From: the human T2T-CHM13v2.0 reference genome, Homo sapiens
Assembly (NCBI RefSeq): GCF_009914755.1
Contig: NC_060927.1
DNA: 64,000 nt
Direction: 5' to 3' (one strand)
The notes below the pieces were generated by a model, which searched no databases, had not been told where the DNA came from, and saw only the letters and a program-made list of their open reading frames with translations. Shown one piece after another: positions 1-15,169 of the stretch. The first letter of the stretch is position 1. Every line of letters begins with the position of its first letter. Position numbers and translations under genes: made by a program.

Positions 1-14
1 TAGAGTTTTCTATA

Positions 15-339
15 CAGTCATCCCTCAGTGTCCTTGGGGGATTAGTTCTAGACCCCCAGAGATGGCAAAATTCAAGGATGCTCAAATCCCTAATATAAAA
101 TGGTGTAGTATTTCATATAACCTATGTACAATCTCTCACATACTTTCAATCATCTCTAGATTGCTATAAAACCTAATACAATGTAAATAATACATAAGTA
201 GCTATTATATTGAATTATTTAGGAAATGACAAGAACAAAATCTGTACATGTTCAGTACTAATGAAATCATCTATTTTTTCCCTTTATATTTTCAACTGAA
301 GTTGGTTGAATCCAGGGATGCAATACAGAGGGCTGACTG
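15..339. mobile_element. MER2 (Tigger2-derived) DNA transposon
   Basis: Terminal inverted repeats cagtcatccctc...gagggctgactg flanked by TA; body resembles recalled MER2. Confidence 0.75.
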
Positions 340-3096
340 TATTTCCAAGTATCTGTAGGAATTTTCCTCCTACTTGTCCTCCCTTCCTATACTGAATTTA
401 ATATCTTCCTCCACAACGAAACTCCCTTCTCAGTCACATATATACCTCAGCGGCATCACAGAACTTTTTTCAAATGAGAACCCCAGGGCAGAAGCTCTTG
501 ACTCATGTTTCAAAATAAATATTTTACCTAGTGCCACCGCCACTCAATGGGACACTGTTACCACATTATTCTCCAAAAAATCCTACTTAATTATAAATTT
601 TCCTGTTCACCAAAGAACAGGTGGTTCCTCATTGTCTACTGACTAATACCCAGGTTCTTTAATTTAGCTATTAAGGACCCCCAAAATCCAGCCTTATTTC
701 CTACTATTATTTAACACACAACCTCTGTTCCTGCAAGCTACAGCTCTTTCTCTCTCTGAAGCACCTTGCATTTGCACATGCTACACATCCCATCCTTCCA
801 ATTCCTTTCTCTGCATTTCCCCATTTATCCAAACCTGTCATTCAAAGCCTAGCTCAAGACCCATCTCCATAAAATCCTCCACAACTCCAACCCACTGTAA
901 TTTCTCCCTCCTTTAGATTTGTACTAGTTTCATATACAATTTCAAGATTTACTGATTTTAAATGTTCACCAATTGTTTCATCTTACCTTTGTCTTTCTAA
1001 TTTAGATTACTAATAACTTTTAGGCACTATTCTACACACACACACAGACATTAATAAGGACTTTTAATTAATTTATTAATTGCTTAAGCATGAACATTTA
1101 GAGAAAAACACACCTATAAATTATTATAACATGTAAATTCACAAATATGCAAACTAGAAAAGGAAGATAGGACTAAAGTTATTAATAAGGACAAAACCCT
1201 TCTTTTGCACAATTGTTTTGAATCTTTTTCCACTGTTTGCAAATCTGCCAAAGCTACCTTAGAGCCCTGTCTTGATTTTTATCTCCTCTTCTTGTTACTG
1301 CCTGTCCTCTAGTGGAAGACAACAATAAATGAATAAAAATTAGCCCAAAGAAGGAAAGAAGTGAAGGGTTCCTTTTTAGTAACTCATAATCACAAAATCA
1401 GTAACTTTTATAAAAGATGGAATAATTTTAATTGGAACACCAAAATATAATTTGAACACACACACAAAAATCTAGAAGACAATAGGGCTAAAAAAAAGGA
1501 GGAAGAAGTGGCACAGGGTACGGGGAGTGTCCGGGAAGGGGACCAGGTACAAGGCTGGGAATATAGCTCTGATGTACACAATTTAGGTTGTTTTTATTTT
1601 TCCCCTTAGGTTTTTTCTGGATAAATCTTGTTTACTAACTGCCAAGCTGCTTGAAGTTATAAGCAAATAAGTAGACAAAAAGAAAATAGGGAAACCAAAT
1701 GAATACTATGTTTTACATTTAAGTCATTAGCTCCCTTGTTCCTTTGTGAATTTACCTTGTACAAAGCGAGTTCTTTCTGTTTGGCAGTATTAATAACATA
1801 GCAGTTTTAGCAATAAAGACATAAAGTCATATTTCCCCAAGTGGTATGCTTCTCATTATTCTAAATCATGTCATGGTTAACCTATCACACCAAATCACTA
1901 CATGTAAAGTAATATGCTTTTTTAAATCCTGATTTTAAACATTTAATAACTTTACAATAACATAAGCATAGACTTCATAGATCTGCTATATGTAGTCTTT
2001 CCTAGTTGTGTTCAGAAATAGTTTTAAAATTTAAACCTTTCAACCTTTAAAATTGAAAATTACAAATTATGTTTTAATCATTTTTTTTCCTTTTCCCAGG
2101 AGTAACAGTGCAATTTGACATAAACAGCTCCTTGCCTATCTGGCTGCCCCAGCCAAGCTGGGTCCTACACAAGTTGCTATAAGAGCTTTCTACAACAAGA
2201 TCTGAACTACTGAAAGATTCAGATCACTTGACTTTTTAGGTGAGTAACAGTCTATTAAGGCTAAAACTAAGTATTGGCTTGACTTTTTTCACTGATGCTC
2301 TTCAGTGAAAAGCACAATGGTTAAATAATGAGGAAAATTGCCCACTCAAATGTTTAGTGGTGCTTACTGATGTATATCATTACTGATTGTGATTCTGGCA
2401 CATACTAGTCATATCTAACCTTGGCCAAATCATTTCACCTCTCTACGCCTCCATTTCTACCTTTGTAAAATGGAGAGGTGTCTTCCATGTCTACTTCACT
2501 GGGTTGCTGTGCAGATCAAAGGGAAAAAAGCATGTGAAAATTCTCAATAGAAAGGTGCAGTCAAAGAGTGTAGTTATTTTGCATGTGTTCACTAGTAAGA
2601 TTAACATGTGGAAAGAAGATTTTTTGTGGAAGATAAGCAGCATTTTAAAGTCATTCAGAAATGAGGAAAAATACCTTTTCTTCTTTCAATTATCAAATTA
2701 TAACATTTAAAACCAACTACACTCTTCCCTTGCAGCTGCTCTGTCTACCAAAAGTGAAACCTGAAAACTCCCTCCCACACCAACTCCTACCAACCTTCTA
2801 CAGTGAAACCAGGACACCCCCACAGTGGCCCAAGTTCTCTATAACTTCTATAGGAACCTAGATGTTGAAGAGTCTGTTCTCTAACTCGTAGTGTCTCTTA
2901 CAGCCCACACATCTTGAAGATAAATACAGACATACATCACAGACGCACCACTGTAACTGTAGGCATATTATATTTTTGAAGTGCCTAATCATCGAAAGTG
3001 ACAGAAAGCAATAAACTGTCCTCATCTATGCCACTGGCAATGTGGACCTAAATGAGTTAGCGTTCTTATCTTAAAAAAAAAAATTAAGAGAGAAGA

Positions 3097-3384
3097 GGCT
3101 GGGTGCAGTGGCTCATGCCTGTAATCCCAATGCTTTGGGAGTCTGAGGTGGGAGAATTGCTTGAAGACAGGAGCTCAAGACCAGCATGGACAATATAGCA
3201 AGACTCTATCTCTACCAAAAATTTTAAAAATTAGCCAAGCATAGTGGCGCATATCTGTAGTCCTAGACACTCAGGAGGCTGAGTGGGAGGACTGCTTGAG
3301 ACCTGGAGTTACAGGCTGCAGTGAGCTACGATTGCACCACTGCACTCCAGCCTGGGCAACAGAGCAAGACCCTGTCTCAAAAAA
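3097..3384 (+). mobile_element. Alu (AluJ-like)
   Basis: ggctgggtgcagtggctcatgcctgtaatccca...gtctcaaaaaa, diverged dimer. Confidence 0.9.
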
Positions 3385-3733
3385 GGGGGTTGGGGAAGAG
3401 AATAAGATAAAGAGAACCTAACTGACTTTGATTGCTGCTAGTATGTATTTGATTTATCCTGCCTTGTTCAAAAAACAGGAGGAAATAAGGAAATGGACAG
3501 TAAGACAAATTATAGAGATCTGTATATTGTAGTAGGATACAAAGTACAACAAGCAAGACACCGGAAAAAAGGATAATAAAGTAAACTAGATATGGGAGTA
3601 ACCCATATTTAGCAACCCCCTATATTTATTATTGCAATTGATTTGTATTGCCCCAGAAGAAAGACAAAAAATAAACTCAGGAAGAGCTGAGACCAGGTTT
3701 CTCACTGTTCTCCCAAAGAGAATTCAAACTTAC

Positions 3734-3800
3734 CGGCCACTAAGAAGATAGTCAAAATCAACAGTAGCCCTAGGTTAGCAGTTCTCCAAGGGCAGAGCAT
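3734..3800 (-). CDS. CD200R1: CD200 receptor 1, coding exon 1 (signal peptide); the rest of the gene lies left of the window
   Basis: Reverse strand ATG at 3800 gives MLCPWRTANLGLLLILTIFLVA followed by G|gtaagt donor; matches recalled CD200R1 N-terminus. Confidence 0.95.
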
Positions 3801-3959
3801 TTCTGTTTTCTCTTTTTCTGCCCTTCACTCAGTACTTTTCCTCCACACTGGTACAGAAGGAACTGTGCGCATGGTGAGACCCTCTCTGGTCAACTTCTCA
3901 GTACAGGATCCTCTTACCCCATCAACAGTGGGGCACTCCCTTCCTTCTAGCCCCTTCCT

Positions 3960-4080
3960 TCACGTCTATGTGGTTTAGCCTGGTTAGTAACTTGGACGAA
4001 CAGAAGCTTTTCTCTGGAACTTGACACAGCAATAGATTTCCTGTATGAAGCCCTGAAGCAAAGACGGAGGAAGCAGATTG
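3960..4080 (-). promoter_or_regulatory. Putative CD200R1 myeloid promoter
   Basis: RUNX motif TGTGGTT 3969-3975 and ETS/PU.1-like GAGGAAG 4067-4073 upstream of exon 1; no CpG island. Confidence 0.45.
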
Positions 4081-4397
4081 ATTGAATTATCTCTCAGCTC
4101 ATTGGTTCTCCTCTCACTTCTGCTGTACACAGACAAACTTTACAGTAAGGCATTGAACGTGTCCAAGATAAACAGATTTGTCTAAACTTGCACCAAAAAG
4201 TAAAACAGAATATTGATCTACTTTGGCCCATCCTTGTAAATTTCCCAATTATGATGACTTTTAGAGGCTTTCTCCAGGTTGAAGAGCTTTACGGCCTTAG
4301 TATTTGAGTCTGGAATACAATATGTTTTCTTGAAAATTATTGTGTGAAATTCCTGTCTATAATGGGAGTCAACACACAACCCTGTAAACATCATATG

Positions 4398-4850
4398 TGT
4401 ATTAGTTTCCTATTGCTACTGTAAGAAATTACCACAAACTCAGTGGCTTAACACAACACAACATTTATTATCTTACAGTTCTGGTGATCAGAAGTCTGAA
4501 ATGGATCTTAGGGGACTAAAATCAAGGTGTTGGAAGGGCTGCACTCCATCTGGAGGCTCGGGCAGAATTTGCTCCCTGCCTTTTCCAGCGATTTGAGAAT
4601 GCCTGCATTTCTTGGCTTGCAGCTACATCATTCGGACCTCTGGTCCACTGTCACATCTTCTCTGACTGTGACCCTTATGCCTCCCTTTTATAAAGACCTT
4701 GTGATTATTTTTGGTCCACCCAAATAATCCAACATGATCTAATTTCAAGATCTTAATTTAATCACATCTGCAAAGTCCTTTTTGCCACACAAGGTAACAT
4801 TCACAGGTTTCGGTAATTCGGACATAGGTATCTACCTTGTTGGGGGTGAG
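4398..4850 (-). mobile_element. MaLR LTR (MLT1 family)
   Basis: tgtattagtttcctattgct...accacaaactcagtggcttaa...catttattatcttacagttctgg typical of MLT1 reverse strand. Confidence 0.75.
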
Positions 4851-5474
4851 GGCATTCTGTTTATCAGAACTCAGTACTTATTGCCATTCAGTTTCACCTT
4901 TGGAAAATTAGACTGATCATTTTAACCAAATTACAAATAATCACCCATCTCTTAGTTGCCACACATCTGGAATTCAGACTCCCCCTAACCAAAAAAAAAA
5001 AACAACAACAACAACAAAAAAACCTCTTCCTTACTGTTGCTAGTTACTATGTTACTATGCTTTTAAGTTATGTCTGAGAGAGGGAAAAATCTTCTATGTG
5101 CTGAGAATTTTCTGCCCCAAGGCAAAACTGTACAGGAAGGGGAAGAAAACATTGCAAACAGGAAAAAGATTAAACAGCATGCATTTTTTTTCTCAGTTAG
5201 CAGTTTCATCTTCCTTCTTGCCAAACATTATAAATATTTCCCCCCTTCCCCTTCTCAAGCTTTTTTTTCCAGTTAATTAATTTGATGAAGACAGTGAAAC
5301 CAGATCCTTGAGGGCATGGAACACTTAAGGGTATGAGCTGTGACAATGGGAAGACCAAAACAAAAATGTCTTCTCTTCTGTCTAATGTTTCACCAGGTGT
5401 CGGAAAATTAGTGAGAATACATCATTTAAAATACAGATAATATTCTGGTTTTCCACTACATAGAAGTGAAAGTT

Positions 5475-5720
5475 GGCCGGGAGTAGTGGCTCATGTCTGT
5501 AATCTTAGGACACTGGGAGGCCGAGGCGGGCAGATTGCCTGAGCTCAGGAGTTCGAGACCAGCCTGGGCAACATGACAAAACTCCAAACTCCATCTCTAC
5601 TTAAAAAAAAAAAAAAAAATTAGCCAGGTGTGATGGCACTCATCTGTAGTCCCAGCTACTTGGGAGGCTGAGGCATGAGAATCGCTTGAACCCAGGAGGC
5701 AGAGGTTGCAGTGAGCAGAG
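5475..5720 (+). mobile_element. 3'-truncated Alu without poly-A tail
   Basis: Alu dimer stops at gtgagcagag; flanked by agaagtgaaagtt / agaagttaaagtt. Confidence 0.85.
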
Positions 5721-8505
5721 AGAAGTTAAAGTTAAAATTCACACTCGCTTAGGATACAGATAGACATAGGGTTAAGTCTCTGTTGTGCAATTACTAGTCC
5801 AGTGATACTGGGAAAGTTTCTTACTCAAGTCTGTATCTGTTTATATTATATTGACATTAGCTTTTTCTCATGTCATCAAAAATTCTTGGAGATCATTTAT
5901 TTTAATATCTGCTCAATGACATAGCCAAAACTAAACCACAGAAGGGCTAAATGGCCTGTGGCCTCAAAACAACTTATTGGCACGGCTGGGAATAAAATGT
6001 GTTATATTTCGTAGCCCTGTGTTCTTTTCACTCAACTCCTCTACTTTGAAATTTCAGGCAACAACTTTCATAGACACACTCCAATGCACTCACCTGAGGT
6101 CAGACCACAATCTGCAATCAGCAGTTTAAGAATCAAGTGATGGGTATCAAAAACCATAAAATTCACTAAATAGATTTGGCAGGATGACAGTTTCTCTCCC
6201 TGGTCCCTCATCCTCTCCACCCCCAAATCACATGCCTGTAACCTCTCAACTCCCACCTTCTACCTTTTATGGACCATGAATGTTTAAAACAATAAAGGGA
6301 CTAAAAGTTTGTTAACATAATCATCCACTAAAGACATGCCATGAAAGTCAGTATAATAAGAGAAAGATGTGTCTGGTAAATACACCTCTCTAAAAAATCT
6401 AAAGGCCCCAAATTCTCCCTGGTTGCAGCCCTTGGGCACAGGACCCAGGAAGCAAAGCAAAAGAGTGAAAAAGGATCAAGAAACAGGTGTCATTCAAACC
6501 AGAAACCCAAACCTTTTACTCTACCAGTTTTCCAATTCTCCTTCAATAATACCAGTTAAGAATCATAGCATAAGAGAAACAAACAGGACAATGTAATGCC
6601 AGTTAATGTTGTAGCCAAAACAAAAAGACAGAGAAACTTTAGTAAATTAGAACTACTTTAGGCCATAATGCCCCCAAACCAGCATGGCTGGTTTACTCAA
6701 TTTATCAATTGCAATAAACTGAAAACTGATGTAATAACTATAAATGTTGTTGAAGTAAACTTCTTCCAATCAGGTGTATATCTTTCTCTCCAATGTCAGA
6801 TTCAGACTTAGCCACACTGAAACCATTTAAGATGAAGTGTTGCAGCCTTCCTCTTGGGATTCCTCCCCATTATGTAGAAGATTTGCATGGCTCTTGAATA
6901 CTTACTGCAAAGATTCTATGGACTTTTATTCCTGACTTCTCGTTCCCGGGACCCTTTGCTCCCCAGTACCATTGCCGACTCATTCACCTCTTATATTTGA
7001 GTCTTGACTGCCGAGAACTTCAGCACCTGCCTGCCCTTCCTACCATAGCTGAATTTTCTGGATGTGCATTCTTGCAAAATGGGCCAATAACTACTTGCCT
7101 TGTCACTGTTACTTTTGGTGAACTCTCTGGCTTAGATATCTGGCCTGACTTACCCTTCTATACACTTGCATGTGTGCACACACAAACATAACACACACAC
7201 ACACGCTCACACAAATATGCTAGCGAAACACTTAGTCCTAATTCCCTCAATCTACTCTGTCCTACTGCTAGCCAAGTGGTAACATGCCAATTTCACAGAG
7301 GTAAAAAGAACAATACCGAATAGTCTAAAGAATTTCAAGGGACTCAAACTCTACAGCACTCCACTCTTGTCTTTACTTCCTCTCTGCTCCCTTGTACAAT
7401 AACTACAGATCTGAATCTAATGAATTACCACAGAAATGCTATAATTCAACATACAGTTGCATAAAAAGACTGCTTTCCTGGGCATATTCCATTTTCTATT
7501 TTCCAATTTACCTCTCTGTAACCTTCATTGACCCATGCTCTCAAGACTCATCTGAAATCCTGTATCTTCCTCCATGGACAATCATTAAATAGACTAAACA
7601 GTAACTTAAAAGAGCCTCAAAAAATGCATACTTCTATTTTTATACCTACTATTATATTGATTTTTCTTGAAAATTTTTACTCCTAATATATGGTTGATCT
7701 ACGTCAATGTATAAAAAGTCTTCTTAAAAAGTTAGAAAAAATATATCATATTGGAATTAATGATTATTTTTTATTATAATTTTACAGATTATACAAAAAG
7801 GAAAATTGAGAAATAGATGTTTGAAAATCAAATGTGTGCAGTATCAAAATAAGCAAAATCAGAGTAGAGAAATTAGTAATCACATTTTATATTTAGCTAA
7901 ATATCAACTGTAAATCTCACTGGTCAGATCCATAGCAAGTATTTGTCAAGCCCTAAGCTTAACACCCTGATCTTGTTCTAAGCAGTTTATAAATATTACC
8001 TAATTTAATTATCTCAACAATCCTATATAGTAAATACCACTTACCATTGAGGAAACTCAAAGCAGAGAGGTTATGTAAATTGTCAAAAGCCACACAGCTG
8101 ATAAGTGATAGAAACAGGATTCAAGCCCAAGAAATCTCACTCCAAAGTCTACTTCTTAAACTATGTGGCTAATTAGTCTCTGCTTTACTATCTACTTTTT
8201 TGAAGGTGGTAACTCTGTTTTGTCTCCAATACATCTCCCAGGTTCCTAACCCCTACTGACTCTATTTATGTACTAATTCACTCTTTCTTCCTTACCTGCT
8301 CAAAATTGGTCTGTTTTGTTTAAATAAATAAGCAAACCCTGTGCTGTTTCTAATCATCTATTTGCATTAAGATTACTCTCTGCTGCCCCCTGGAGATAAT
8401 TTGGTGAAATCAATGCTAAGATTTTTGTAAATTTATCTAGCAAATTCAAAAATAGCTTCACATTAAGATTTTGATCACAAAGTATGCTAACATGCCTAAA
8501 TGTTA

Positions 8506-8895
<390 letters not shown>

Positions 8896-10584
8896 TCATT
8901 GCATGAAAATTTGCAAAGATTGCCACCTTTGGGTACCCTGGAATGCAAACTCCAAGACGGAGTTTAATGTGAAGAATTGTTATTATATTAAGGAGTAACC
9001 TCAGATCATCACTTGGGGATAAGAAGGAACAGAAACTGATGTGGGTATAGGGAATCACACTATATGGTAGGCCCACACCAGAATCAGCTAGCCCTATGGG
9101 GAGCTATAGAGCTGAAACTGCCCCTTAGAGTTGTCCTCTGTTGTCCTGAAATGGGCAGATCTTTACACTTCTGCATCTATGAGTCATTTGTTATAGCCAC
9201 GGGAAAGACCATGACCTTGGGTAAGGAAATCCATGAAGAGGCCAATCCCTGAACTGTGGAAAACACTGTCAACACTGGAGCAACAAAGTCCTTCAATGAA
9301 GGGGGTTGATGGTACCCCACAGTGTTTGTCTGCCAATTGAATAAATGTTGGAAAATAATCCACTCTAAATCTAGTCTCAAATGCAATGATATTCCACTCA
9401 GCCAATTGTCTTTCATTCCCAAGAAACCAAATTAATGGAAAATCTTGTCAAAAATATAACCTTGAAGTAGCTCTGCATTAAGATATTTTCTCCCTGAGGC
9501 AGTCAGGTAATTTTCATCTGTAAGTGTCAACTGAGAAATCCAGAAGATATGGAAATAAATTTTTTAAAGGAAAAGCCCAATCATATACCTTGGCTAAAAA
9601 CTAACATCAAGGCAAAGCATGCTGAAGAGAGACAAGTATCATCTGATCTCCAGAACACCCTAATATTAAAGTCAAGAAGAGCAGAACATTTTAAAAAGAA
9701 ATAGTCTAGACTGAGCCAAGTGGGTTTACCTTAAATGTCTCAGACAATATTAATTGATAAGCAAATTAGTTCTATATAACTTTCTAACAAAAGAATATGA
9801 ATCATGAAAATTATGTCAGTCATAGAAGCTTATATTTGCCTGAAATTTTATTCAAATTTTATTGGGCCTTTCTCAAAGAAATGATAAATGTTCTGTTGAT
9901 CCATCACAGTTTTATTTTATCAATGGCTTAAAAATTTTGTCCCCAAATTACATATTTGACCATCCTGTCTATCTTTTATAAGATAATGTAATGTTTTCAG
10001 TGAATAACTGAAAAATAGTTTAAGTTGGCTAAACTCTAATTAGTTACAGTTGGAGTTTAAGAATGTCACAATTTTTTATCTAATTTTGAGAGGAGCTGTT
10101 AAGGTTATGGCTCCTAAGTTGAACTTCTGGGTTCAAATTTCAGTTCAGCCTCTTAGTTTTGGGTTACTGTGTTGTTTTTTTTTCTGTTCTCAGATGCTAT
10201 TTGATTTTTTCGAATCTGCTAACATTTTTGTAACTTTAGTTTTCCACCAAAACTTTTAGTCCTTTGTCTCCTGAAACATAAAAATAATATTTTAAAGTCT
10301 CTGTCTGATCATTCCAATATTTGAAGTAATGGTGGGTAAATCTCTATTGGTTCTTTCTGTGATGTTTGGTCTCCTCATGTGCCAGGTATTGTGTTTTCTT
10401 TCTCAAATTGCAGAAAAACTGGAAATTATTTGAGGCCCTGCAAAATTTTGTCTTCCTCTGGAGATTTTCATTTGCTTCTGCCAGGAGTCCATAAACAGTA
10501 GCAATCAGGAGTCACCTTAATCCAGTTTTAAGGACTAGAATTTTCTGTGCAATCAGATGACTCAAAGGTAGGTTGCAGTCTATG

Positions 10585-10950
10585 TGCTATGGCTTGAATG
10601 TGTCCTCCATATTTCATGTTGGAAATTAATCCTCAAACTTATATGTTGATTGGAGGTACAGCATTCGAAAGGTAAGCAGGATTAGATAAGGTCATCAGGT
10701 TGGGACTCCAACGATGGGACTGGTGGCTTTCTAATAAGAGGAAGAGAGACCTGAGCTGACATGCACACTCTTCCTCTCTAACCATGTGATACCCTTAACC
10801 ATGTTATGATGAGCAAGAAGGCCCTTACCAGATGCCAGCCCCTCAAACTTGGACTCTCCAGCCTCTAGAACTGTGTAGGAGATAAATTTCTTTTATAAAT
10901 TACCCATTCTGTGGTATTATGTTATAGTAACACAAAACAGCCTAAGACAC
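10585..10950 (+). mobile_element. MaLR LTR (MST/MLT1A-like)
   Basis: tgctatggcttgaatgtgtcc...aacagcctaagaca termini. Confidence 0.75.
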
Positions 10951-12029
10951 TATATAAGGGGTGATTTTATCGTCCACTCCATCCTATCCCAAACCACTCT
11001 TTCTCATTTCAAGAGGCTACAAAAGGTACTGCTCACCTTTCAACTAGCTCTTCTATATCAATCAGTAAACATCTCAAGGGTAAATGTAGTTCCAATGCCA
11101 GTTTCATCAATCTGTATTTCTTTCTTTTTCTGAATCTTGGTGAGGTAATTCTTCATTACCTTGCTAGGTCACTGATCTGCCATCCAGTAGACTTTTAAAA
11201 TGATTATGTCTAGATTTTCTAGTTGGCTTGAGAGGGAAGATTGATCTAAATTTCTTAGTCTGTATCACCTGATGTAAAAGTCCAATTCCTTGATTCTTTG
11301 CTTTTCCTCATCTATCAGCAAGTCTTTTTGGTCTCTACTTTAAAATGTTTCCTGAATTTGACCATTTCACATCATCTCCACTCTACTGGATTAGAAAAAG
11401 AAGGATGCAGTTACAGCTTCAAAAGCATGGTTTTTAAAACTAAAATACTGTATCATTTAACTTGCGGGCAGCAGCAAAAAGGTAAACAGATACCAGAAGC
11501 CACAGAACACTTGTGTTTCGTGACTGCTTCCATTTTACCACAACTTTCTGAAATGCATTTTATTAAAGTCGTTTTTATTTTGGTCACTTGTAGCATTGAT
11601 TATGTTGTTGAAACATAAAAGCTCAGATATTCCATACAGGAAATTTAAGAATTTTAAAAGTCTGAAGGCCTATATTAAGACTTTTTTCTTAAAATCATTT
11701 ATGCTCCATTGACAACTAAGTTATGCTTTTATGACTATTTTCCTACTAGTGATCTTTCTTTCTTATATGCTTTCTTTTTACTTACTAATATACTACCAAT
11801 AACTTGGAGTGATTTAATGTGATTTCAAAATGTGTGTAGGGGAATTTTCTAAAGAATACTGTTATGATTATCTCACCTTGGGAAAAGAAGAAGTAGGAAA
11901 TATGAAACTGCTGAAAACGTTTGAATGTTGAATGTTCTGTATTGAGAAAAGGAAGTAGATAAGATCTTTTTTGATTTAATATTTCTATCTTTTACTTGGC
12001 TAAATATGATAAAGCAATGAAACCTGTAA

Positions 12030-12450
<421 letters not shown>

Positions 12451-13502
12451 CTCTTACAATACTGTTATTTAAATTTCTTCTTTTCACCTTCGCAGCTCTT
12501 AACTTTTAAATTCTTTATATTTTTTATCCCTTCCTAATATTTATTGAAATATTCTCCAATCTAATTATCCTGCTATTTTGTTCTTTGAGTTGATAATATT
12601 ATTCAACTATTAAACACATCCATTGAGAAATTTACTTCACAATAATATAATTCATATCTAATATGTTCAACTGGTACTTCTTAGAAGCTTCCTGTTTCAT
12701 GTTTGCCATATATTCCCTTATCTCTGAGGATATTTTCTGTTTTTATTTAAATTCTTTGCCCACCAAGTCCATTCATTCTGATTACTTCTAGAATGAATTA
12801 TCTTTTTCTTACTTTTTCTTCTATTGCTTGTGGGTTCATAATGTGAGTTCGTGAGATTATACTATTATGGTAAAATCAGCTATCTTTTAAAAAAAATCAG
12901 CTATCTTGGTAAATAACAGATACCTAGAGAGAGGAGTGAAAGGCTAGGTTCTGACTTGCACTAGTCTAGGCAGAAGAGAGATATATCACAGCATTCTGGG
13001 CTCAACCACTCGTGCGCCTGCCACCCATGAGATCCTGCCTATTAGGTAACCACCTAGTACCACTACACCAGGCATTATTCCTTTCTAGAGAGTAATCACA
13101 AAACATTGTTTGAATCTGATTGTCCAGCCCCTAGAGGAGGATGGGTAAGGAGGTTGGAGGGAATGTTCAAGGACATTGCTGCACTCAACTCCAGCTAAAC
13201 CTGATGTTCATACCAGTTGAATCACCAATTCATTGCACTCCTCTCCAGAGGCCCCATACTTTATTACAGGTGGCTGAGACAGCAGCTTTGATTATAACCT
13301 CCTTCCACAGGAAGAATTCTAGTTTTGCCATGTCCTATTAAAATGACTAGAGAAAGTCTGTCCCACTTTTCTCAAAAATCTCCAGAGAAATCACTTGTAT
13401 TTAGAGCAGAACCTGGAATACATCTTTCCTACAAGTATACAATCTCACAATAAGTGCAGGTGAGAAACTTCTCATTTTTAAATGTTTTTATCTTTTAATC
13501 TA

Positions 13503-14070
13503 TGTGCAGAAAACAGTTCATATAGCAGGCCTGTGGCTGCTACCCTTAGAAAGATTTGTTTACAAGATTGGCACTGGGCTGACATTTGAGAACTTGACTG
13601 GTAAACAGTTTCCTTGCATGGCACAGAGCCAACTTTCCATTCATGAGTGGCTCACTGTATCTAAACTATTTGAACAAACAAGTGGTACATACTGATGCTG
13701 CTTTCCTTCTGCAAATCTGAACTTTCAGTGACTATAGTCAGTCACACAGGCACTAGATGCCTATATGAACAGCGCTCGGTAAAAACCCTGGACTCCTAGA
13801 CTCAGGTGAGCTTTGCTAGTAGACAACATTTCACACATGTTGTTAAAACTCATTGCTGGCAGAATTAATTGCATCCTGTGCAACTTAGGGGACAATTAGA
13901 AGCTTGTGCCTGGCTTCCTCCAAACTTCACTTTGAGTGCCTTTTCCCCTTGCCAGGCTTGCTTTGTATTCTTTTGTTGTTGTAAATTATAGGCATAAGTA
14001 CAACTATATGCTGAGTTCTGTGCATCCTTGCTCGCCTCATTTGGGAGCTAGTCTTGGGAACACCTGACAC
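13503..14070 (+). mobile_element. ERV LTR, MER21-like
   Basis: tgtgcagaaaacagttcatatagcaggcctg...cctgaca; subfamily uncertain. Confidence 0.55.
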
Positions 14071-14846
14071 ACTCTACCTATGAATAAGTTAAAAATTTGA
14101 ATATACATCAATATATCTGCCTGTGAATGTTGCCTCATCTCCTCAGGGTGTTAGAGAACATTCCATTCACTTCCAACAAGGCAACAAGATATAAACTAGA
14201 TGTGTACTACAAAGTAAACTTGCCCACTAAAATAACCTTGCTTAACACACAACAAGAATTAAAATGTTAACGAATTAATCAGTCAGAACAGCAAAATCCA
14301 TACTATTTTCCAAAAACAATTTTAAAAAAACCCTCTGAGCTTGTTACTGATATAAAAACACAACCTGAATATGGTAAATAGTGTTCCAAATTATTTTAAT
14401 AGCACTTGTATGACACAGAGCCAAATGCAAAATTACGAATGAAAAAAATTAAGACCACTTAAAGCAATCATTTCTCCCTCTATTGATAAAAACAACCTTG
14501 AAAGAAGTGAACCTTTACTCCTCCTCCAGAATCCAAATCACTCTACAAACTCACCTCCTACCTATGATTACTGTCTGATGGTTAATCTCCAGATCTCTTT
14601 AGAGAAATCTGTCAGTGCAGTAGGCACAACCTTAAAAGAAAGCTCAAACAACTTCTCTGAAAAAGAAACAACTTCTCTAAATTTAGATATATTCTCTAAA
14701 GACACATTAATCAGATATTTAAAAAGCTCAATGCTTTCATGAGCTCCAAAGACTAAAATCATGGAAAATAGGTCTCTATTGGTTCTTGAATTATAGTAAA
14801 ATAATAAATCTCAAGAATAATAATTTATGCCCTAATTAAGAAATTA

Positions 14847-15169
<323 letters not shown>

